DNA from: Candidatus Marinacidobacterales bacterium
GTDB lineage: Bacteria > Acidobacteriota > Vicinamibacteria > Marinacidobacterales > DATDRI01
Assembly (NCBI GenBank): GCA_965226495.1
Contig: OZ245365.1
Span: forward strand, 1,024,001-1,088,000
Direction: 5' to 3'
Length of the DNA: 64,000 bases
Part shown: piece by piece, positions 57,658-64,000 of the stretch
Layout: the number at the start of each line of letters is the position of its first letter
Position numbering within the stretch: position 1 is the first letter of the stretch
Made by a program: the position numbers and the translations under genes
Notes under the pieces: generated by a model
What the model saw: the letters and a program-made list of their open reading frames with translations, nothing else
The model's database searches: none
What the model was told of the DNA's origin: nothing

Positions 57658-60135
57658 ATGCGGATCCTCTTAGCATCGCCCGCGCTCTTTATGATCACGG
57701 CGGGTTTGGCTAGTTTGACAAGCTTGGCAGGGGCCCAAGTGCGGCCGACCGACCCGGGTGCTGGCAGAAGCATTACCATCGCCGTCGTTCGCGACGGGCC
57801 GATGCCAGAAGACTTCTCGACGCGCGTCGAAAGCGAGCTACGGGAAGTGGCGGCTCCCGACACCGAGCTCCATTTCGTGAGGACTCCGGAGCTCGACGGG
57901 CAGTGGGATCCCGCGAGCGCTCGAGAAGCGCTTCGCGCCGCACTCGATAACCCGGACATTGACTTCGTCCTGGCACTTGGAGCCGGTGTTAGCGCCGCGG
58001 CCGCCGAAGTGCCCCTGTCGAAGCCGGTCGTCGCGACGTGGGCCCAGCGGCCCGACTTTGGCGTCATCCATGAGCACGAAAACAATCGCTCGCAAACCGA
58101 GAACCTCGCGTTCATGGCGATACCGCAACTACTAGAAACCGATTTAGGCTCGCTGCGGAGTATCTTCCCGTTTCCCGAAGCGGCTCACCTGCTCTTGCCG
58201 GAATCGTATATCGGTGCCAACGAGAATCTCAGCTCGGAAATACAGGCCCTCGAAGAGGGTGTCGGAGTTCGAATCCAGCTGGTCCCTCTCGGGGCGAGCG
58301 TCTCCGAATCGATGGCGACAATGCCAGCTGATGCCGTCGTCGCATTCGTTGGACGCACTCCAGAGTGGGCGGCCTCCGATCGACGCGCGCTCTTCGAGGC
58401 GCTGACCGCCCGCGGTATCCCAACCTATGGTCTCGTCGGCCACGCCGACGTCGAGATAGGCGCTCTCGCCGGAAGGACGCCCGATATTTCTCAGCTCGTC
58501 GCGCGGCGCGCAGCACTCAACTTGAACGAGCTCATTCGAGGTAGCTCCACCGACGTTCTCCCGGTCATGCTCGACGTCGATCCGGTGCTCTTGGTCAATG
58601 GAAAAACGGCGACGGCACTAGACTATGTGCCGACCTATGAAGCACTCGTCACCGCTCGGTTTCTTTTCGAGGACGTGATGCGCAAGGATGAACAGCCCCT
58701 GAGTTTCCCGGAAGCACTCACCCAAGCGAACGAAGGCAACCCGTTCCTCCGAGCTTCCGAGCAAGCAGTGCAAACGTCCTATCACTCGTGGAAGCTCGCC
58801 AAGAGCCCGCTTCTCCCTCAAGCATTTGCCGGACTGGCAGCGTCCGGTCGTAACGTCCGCGGACTCGAGGGGTTGATTCCGGACAAAATCTTGAATGGCG
58901 GCTTTAGCGTGCGCCAGATGATCTACGATGACGCCCGCGTCACCGACTACAAGTCCGAGGGCCGCCTCTATGAGGGGAGTCAGGAAGGGTTCGAAGTCGA
59001 TCGGCTGGATGTATTGGCGGACGCGGGTAACGCATTTCTGAGCTTGGTGCTCTCGGAGATTCTGTTCCGTGTCGACGCCGACAACCTCCGGCTCACCCGC
59101 GACAATCTCGAGCTTTCAAAGGTTCGACTGGACGCAGGCTATTCGGGGCTCGACGAAGTGTATCGGTGGGAGTCGGAGCTCAACTCGCGCCAGAGCATCC
59201 TCTTTAGGAGCCGATCGAATATCGAACAGGAGCGGATCGCGCTCAACCAGATTCTCGGGCTCCACCAGTACCTACGCTGGCGGCCCGAGGAGATCGACGT
59301 CGATCCGAAAGTGTTTCCCTTTCTGGGCGGCGGCCTGAGCGGTTACCTGAAGGATCCGCAAAAATTGGACAGCTTTCGTCAGTTCTTGGTACAGTTCGCG
59401 TTCGAGAACACGCCGGAGCTTTCCGTGCTGCAGAAAGCCCTCGAAGCTCGGCAGCTTCAGCGCGACCAGCGTGGGCGGCGGTGGTGGCTGCCCGTCTTCG
59501 ACACCGGCTTCCAGTGGGGCTACGACATCGCTCGCACTCCAGATCTGCCTGACTTGGATCGGAGCGACTGGATGTGGGACATTCAGGCCGCCTATCCCAT
59601 TTTCGAAGGGGGCGCGCGTGCTGAAGACGAGAAGCTCAATGTCTCCGAGGTAGCGCGGCTCGAGAAGGAGATCATCGATGCCCGTCAGATCGTCGAGCGT
59701 CGGGTGCGCACTTCGGTGCGCGCCATCGAGGGTTCCTTTCCCAGTATCGGCTATCTGAACGCGGCGGCGGAGGCGGCGCGGCGGAACTTCGAGATCGTCC
59801 AAGACCGGTACACTGAGGGGCTGGTCAACGTGACCGACCTCCTGGACGCTCAGAACGATCGTTTCATTACCGAGCGGACCGCACGCGGTGCGCAGTACGC
59901 GTTCCTGCTCGATTTGGTCGCGCTCCAGCGAGCCATCGCGTGGTTCGAAGATATGAAAACCAAAGAAGAACGGGATCAACTTCTGGAACAGGCACGAGCC
60001 TATGTCGACAGTCCGACGCCTCCGCCTCCAGAGGGCGATGCGGCTAGGGTTTTCGACCTGGTAGCGCCTAGTGGGCCCGCACCGAATCGAGCGCGGGCCG
60101 GAGTTGAGAGCGTTTTCTCGGGGAGGAAGCCATGA
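57658..60135 (+). CDS. TolC-family outer-membrane factor with an N-terminal periplasmic substrate-binding-like domain
   Basis: N-half ITIAVVRDGP...IPTYGLVGHADVEIGAL...LLVNGKTATAL; C-half outer-membrane efflux helices (ARRNFEIVQDRYTEGLVNVTDLLDAQ). Confidence 0.85.
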   Translation: MRILLASPALFMITAGLASLTSLAGAQVRPTDPGAGRSITIAVVRDGPMPEDFSTRVESELREVAAPDTELHFVRTPELDGQWDPASAREALRAALDNPDIDFVLALGAGVSAAAAEVPLSKPVVATWAQRPDFGVIHEHENNRSQTENLAFMAIPQLLETDLGSLRSIFPFPEAAHLLLPESYIGANENLSSEIQALEEGVGVRIQLVPLGASVSESMATMPADAVVAFVGRTPEWAASDRRALFEALTARGIPTYGLVGHADVEIGALAGRTPDISQLVARRAALNLNELIRGSSTDVLPVMLDVDPVLLVNGKTATALDYVPTYEALVTARFLFEDVMRKDEQPLSFPEALTQANEGNPFLRASEQAVQTSYHSWKLAKSPLLPQAFAGLAASGRNVRGLEGLIPDKILNGGFSVRQMIYDDARVTDYKSEGRLYEGSQEGFEVDRLDVLADAGNAFLSLVLSEILFRVDADNLRLTRDNLELSKVRLDAGYSGLDEVYRWESELNSRQSILFRSRSNIEQERIALNQILGLHQYLRWRPEEIDVDPKVFPFLGGGLSGYLKDPQKLDSFRQFLVQFAFENTPELSVLQKALEARQLQRDQRGRRWWLPVFDTGFQWGYDIARTPDLPDLDRSDWMWDIQAAYPIFEGGARAEDEKLNVSEVARLEKEIIDARQIVERRVRTSVRAIEGSFPSIGYLNAAAEAARRNFEIVQDRYTEGLVNVTDLLDAQNDRFITERTARGAQYAFLLDLVALQRAIAWFEDMKTKEERDQLLEQARAYVDSPTPPPPEGDAARVFDLVAPSGPAPNRARAGVESVFSGRKP

Positions 60136-61283
60136 AGGGGTTCAGAACGAACAGCACAATTTGGGTCTCGCTGTTTGCCGCGGCATTGACACTGCCCGGC
60201 TGCGGTTCCGACCAGATCGTCGAGCGCGAGCCGGTGGTAAGACCTGTCAAAACGATGGTAGTGGGAGGGGGACAAGGTGAAAGTCTTTCCTTCCCGGGTA
60301 CCGTAAGACCTGTCAAAACGATGGTAGTGGGAGGGGGACAAGGTGAAAGTCTTTCCTTCCCGGGTACCGTTCAAGCTGCCGACCGGGCCGAGCTCTCGTT
60401 TCGCGTCGCGGGGCCGCTCGTCGAGCTCCCGGTGAACGAGGGCGACGAGGTTCGCCGAGGACAACTTCTGGCTCGCATCGATCCTCGCGATTTCGAGATT
60501 GCGCTGGCAGAATCACGAGCCGCTTTCGAGAAAGGCGAAGCCGATTACAATCGCTACAAGAACCTCTACGAACGGAATGCGGTGCCTCTGGCGGAACTAG
60601 AGCTTCGCCGGGCGCAGCGCGACGTTTCGGCGGCTGGGTTCGATCAGGCGCAGGCGAACCTTCGCGATACGAGGTTGTTGGCACCCTTCAGCGGCCGCGT
60701 GGGCCGGAAGTTCGTCGAGAACTTCGAAGACGTGGTCGCGAAGGAACGAATTCTCACGCTTCATGACATCAACCGGGTCGAGGCCGTCATCGATGTTCCC
60801 GAGTACGTGATGGCCACCTTCCGAGATCGTAGCGACCGGCGGTTCACCGCGAGCTTTACCTCCGCACCCGGAGTCGAGTTCGAACTCAGCTTCAAGGAGG
60901 CCGCCGCCGAGGCCGACATTCAGACCCAGACGTTCCGGGTGACGTTCTCGATGCCGCAACCCGAAGAGCTTCGTGTGCTCCCGGGGATGACCGCGGAAGT
61001 GAACGCCTACGTTGAAGCCCCCGTCGACGAGGCCGGCGGTCCTGCGGAGTTCCTCATCCCCGCCGAGGCGCTTTTCGCTTCCCCGGGCGGCGATCCTCAA
61101 GTGTGGGTGGTAGACACGGGCGATCTCACTGTTCACCAACGAGAGGTACGGGTGGGTCCGGTAACCGGAGAAAACTCCATCCGCGTCCTCGAGGGGTTGG
61201 AACGGGGAGAAACGATTGCAGTCGCGGCCGTGCACCAGCTACAAAATGGCTCAAAGATCCGGCTGATGGCGCGCCGCAATTAG
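60132..61283 (+). CDS. RND efflux periplasmic adaptor (lipoprotein)
   Basis: Lipobox LPGC; LSFRVAGPLVELPVNEGDEV..GQLLARIDPRDF, LLAPFSG, LPGMTAEV. Confidence 0.93.
   Translation: MKGFRTNSTIWVSLFAAALTLPGCGSDQIVEREPVVRPVKTMVVGGGQGESLSFPGTVRPVKTMVVGGGQGESLSFPGTVQAADRAELSFRVAGPLVELPVNEGDEVRRGQLLARIDPRDFEIALAESRAAFEKGEADYNRYKNLYERNAVPLAELELRRAQRDVSAAGFDQAQANLRDTRLLAPFSGRVGRKFVENFEDVVAKERILTLHDINRVEAVIDVPEYVMATFRDRSDRRFTASFTSAPGVEFELSFKEAAAEADIQTQTFRVTFSMPQPEELRVLPGMTAEVNAYVEAPVDEAGGPAEFLIPAEALFASPGGDPQVWVVDTGDLTVHQREVRVGPVTGENSIRVLEGLERGETIAVAAVHQLQNGSKIRLMARRN
60237..60368. repeat. Perfect 66-bp tandem duplication inside the adaptor gene
   Basis: 60237-60302 equals 60303-60368; VRPVKTMVVGGGQGESLSFPGT twice. 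Confidence 0.95.
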
Positions 61284-61295
61284 CGGGGGACGCTG

Positions 61296-64000
61296 ATGCT
61301 TGCTAAGTTCGCCATAGAAAAGAGCGTTATCACGTGGACGTTCACGCTCGTACTTCTCGTCGCAGGTTGGATTTCGTTCCAAAACCTCGCGCGACTAGAA
61401 GACCCCGAGTTCACGATCAAGAACGCCATCATTACGACACCCTATCCCGGTGCCTCGGCGGTCGAAGTCGAACAGGAAGTCACCGACGTCATCGAGCGGG
61501 CCGTCCAGGAGCTCGGCCAGCTCCTTCGGGTCGAGTCGACTTCCTCCCGCGGCGTGTCCAGCGTCAAGGTCACTATCAAAGATCAGTACGACAAGAACGG
61601 GTTGCCTCAGGTGTGGGACGAGCTGCGAAGAAAGGTCAACGATTACCAGAGCCGGCTTCCACCCGGCGCTGGGCCGTCGACCGTCAATGACGACTTCGGC
61701 GATGTCTACGGCATCTACCTGGTACTGACCGGTCCGGGCTACTCCTACGCGGAGCTCAACGAGACCGCGAAACTTATGAGGCGCGATCTGCTACAGGCGG
61801 AAGATGTGAAGCGCATCGTCCTCTGGGGCGTGTGGCAAGAGGCCGTCTACGTCGAGATGTCACGACCGAAAATGGCGGCTCTCGGCATCTCGCAAGAAGA
61901 GATTTACAACAAACTCAGCGCCAAGAACCTTCCCGCTGATGCGGGAAGGGTGCGGTTGCCGCCCGAGTATATTCCCATCAACCCGACCGGAGAGTTCACC
62001 TCGGAACAGCAGTTCGGAGACCTCCTACTCACCACCCGCGAAGGAGGGCAGCAGGTTTTCCTTCGGGACGTCGCGACGATCCGGCGCGGCTACGTCGAGC
62101 CGCCGCGGAACATCGTGCGGTTCAACGGAGAACGAGGCATCGGTCTCGGCATCTCCACGGTGCAAGGAGGCAACGTGGTGGTGATGGGCCAGGCGATTGA
62201 AGACAAGCTCTACCAGCTCGAGACCCAAATTCCTCTCGGGATGAAGCTGAACGTCATGTCCCTGCAATCGCAATCGGTGACCGACTCCATCAACAGCTTT
62301 CTCGTCAACCTGGTCGAGGCGATCATCATCGTCCTGGTGGTGCTCTTTCTGTTCATGGGCGTGAAGAGTGGATTGATCATCGGCGGCATTCTCGTTCTTA
62401 CTATATTCGGGACGTTTCTCTTCATGGGCCTCTACGAGGTCACGCTGGAACGCATCTCACTCGGAGCACTGATCATCGCGCTCGGCATGCTGGTCGACAA
62501 TGCGATTGTGATCGTCGAGGGTATGAAGGTACGCATCGAGGCCGGCATGGAGCGTCTCAAGGCCGCTACGGAGGTTGTCAATCAAAACGCCATACCACTT
62601 CTCGGTGGCACCGCGGTGGCCATCACCGCTTTCGCCGCCATCGGAACGTCGGATGACAGTACGGGCGAGTATTGCCGATCGCTCTTCACCGTTATTCTGA
62701 TCTCACTTGGCTTGAGTTGGCTCACCGCCGTAACCGTTACACCGCTCGTCTCCTACTTGTTGTTCAAACCGAAGGAAGGTGGCGGCGGTGATGCGGAAGA
62801 CGCCTACAGCGGCGGGATGTTCCGGCTTTACAAAACCGGTCTCATGACGGCGATTCGCTTCCGCGGCGTGACTATGGCAATCGTTTTGGGTATCTTTGTC
62901 GCTTCTCTCGTCGGCTTTGGATCGGTGAAGCAGCTGTTCTTCCCAGACTCCACACGGCCGCAGTTCTTCGTCGAGTTCTATTTTCCCGAGGGAACCCACA
63001 TCTTCGATACCGAGAAGCGCATGGGGCGGGTCGAGGAATACCTGAAGGCTTTGGAAGGTGTGACCGACGTGACCACCGCGATTGGCGGAGGCGACCTGCG
63101 CTTCCTTCTAACCTACGAGCCGTTAGGCGCGTCGAGCGCCAACGCCAGTGTTTTCGCGTCGGTGGAGGAGTACGGGATGATCGCAGCGCTTGCCCCGCAG
63201 GTGCAGGCCGACATCGAGGAGCTCGTGCCCGAGGCGGTGGTGAACGTACGCCAATTCCGCCTGGGACCGGGCGAAGGCGGCCGGATTCAACTCCGTGTCA
63301 GCGGAACGGATCCGGCGCTGTTGCGCGAGATGTCCGAGAGGGTCAAGGACATCATCAAGGAAGAGGGTGGGCAAGGTGTTCGTGACGAATGGCGAGAGCA
63401 GGTCAAAGTGGTGCGGCCCCAGCTTGCCGAAGCCCAGGCACGGCAGCTCGGTATCGACCGACCGCAGCTCGCCCGGGCACTTCAAAGCGCCTTTGACGGC
63501 ACCCAGACCAGCGTCTATCGCGAGGGGGATGAGCTGTTGCCTATTGTTGCCCGCTCTCCCGAGTTCGAGCGCGACAACGTGGACAACATCCGGGCGCTCC
63601 AGATCTGGAGCGATGCCGCTGGCCAGATGGTTCCGATGCGTCAGGTGCTGACCGGGTTCGAGACCGTGTACGAGGACGCCAATATTTGGCGCCGCGACCG
63701 CCGGACCACGGTGCGAATCCATGCCGACGCGGCGCAGGAGCTTCCGAGTGAGCTCATGGTGCGGATCAAACCGCGGATCGAAGAGGCATTGAACGTGGAT
63801 CTGGACGCCTACTTCGGGCGCTCGCTCGGCGAGGATCCGTTTGCCAATCACACCGCGAGCACCATCCCCATCCGCTTTTCGGACCTGATCCCGATCAAGA
63901 ACTTGCCTGGTTACTACATGGCCTGGGGCGGTGAGGACGAGGATTCCGCGAAGGCGCTGAGCTATCTCGCGACCTCGTTCCCGATCTTCATCGCCATCAT
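61296..64000 (+). CDS. RND efflux permease (AcrB/AcrD/AcrF family), runs off right edge
   Basis: Own translation MLAKFAIEKSVITWTFTLVLLVAG..RLEDPEFTIK..TPYPGASA..VNDDFGDVYG..LERISLGALIIALGMLVDNAIV; absent from the ORF track because there is no stop in the window. Confidence 0.93.
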   Translation, partial: MLAKFAIEKSVITWTFTLVLLVAGWISFQNLARLEDPEFTIKNAIITTPYPGASAVEVEQEVTDVIERAVQELGQLLRVESTSSRGVSSVKVTIKDQYDKNGLPQVWDELRRKVNDYQSRLPPGAGPSTVNDDFGDVYGIYLVLTGPGYSYAELNETAKLMRRDLLQAEDVKRIVLWGVWQEAVYVEMSRPKMAALGISQEEIYNKLSAKNLPADAGRVRLPPEYIPINPTGEFTSEQQFGDLLLTTREGGQQVFLRDVATIRRGYVEPPRNIVRFNGERGIGLGISTVQGGNVVVMGQAIEDKLYQLETQIPLGMKLNVMSLQSQSVTDSINSFLVNLVEAIIIVLVVLFLFMGVKSGLIIGGILVLTIFGTFLFMGLYEVTLERISLGALIIALGMLVDNAIVIVEGMKVRIEAGMERLKAATEVVNQNAIPLLGGTAVAITAFAAIGTSDDSTGEYCRSLFTVILISLGLSWLTAVTVTPLVSYLLFKPKEGGGGDAEDAYSGGMFRLYKTGLMTAIRFRGVTMAIVLGIFVASLVGFGSVKQLFFPDSTRPQFFVEFYFPEGTHIFDTEKRMGRVEEYLKALEGVTDVTTAIGGGDLRFLLTYEPLGASSANASVFASVEEYGMIAALAPQVQADIEELVPEAVVNVRQFRLGPGEGGRIQLRVSGTDPALLREMSERVKDIIKEEGGQGVRDEWREQVKVVRPQLAEAQARQLGIDRPQLARALQSAFDGTQTSVYREGDELLPIVARSPEFERDNVDNIRALQIWSDAAGQMVPMRQVLTGFETVYEDANIWRRDRRTTVRIHADAAQELPSELMVRIKPRIEEALNVDLDAYFGRSLGEDPFANHTASTIPIRFSDLIPIKNLPGYYMAWGGEDEDSAKALSYLATSFPIFIAI

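Overview
This is a GC-rich bacterial window, probably Acidobacteriota. The assignment is an inference from a GWxTD-family gene, a DUF4388/TPR protein and many exported hydrolases. No rRNA, tRNA, CRISPR array, integrase or transposase was seen. Intact modules are: an amidase/proline-racemase/amidohydrolase run, citramalate synthase cimA, a GAF-GGDEF diguanylate cyclase divergent from a DUF4388-J-like-TPR gene, cusB-cusA (with a frameshifted outer-membrane factor), a GldA/GldFG/DUF4340 ABC module, several exported hydrolases, and a second RND efflux operon that runs off the right end. Three things stand out. (1) A three-gene MNIO (DUF692) RiPP cluster at 44321-46450. Its precursor has a twin-arginine signal and four CKGxGGC-type repeats (11 Cys), and the cluster is bracketed by a 25-bp inverted repeat pair. 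(2) An unannotated Ile-sensing leader-peptide attenuator in front of cimA, apparently leaderless, with promoter, 1:2/2:3/3:4 pairings and a U9 terminator all visible. (3) A high density of truncated, fused or internally deleted genes, which could be real deletion scarring or assembly artefact. Family assignments come from motif recognition by eye; no database search was run.
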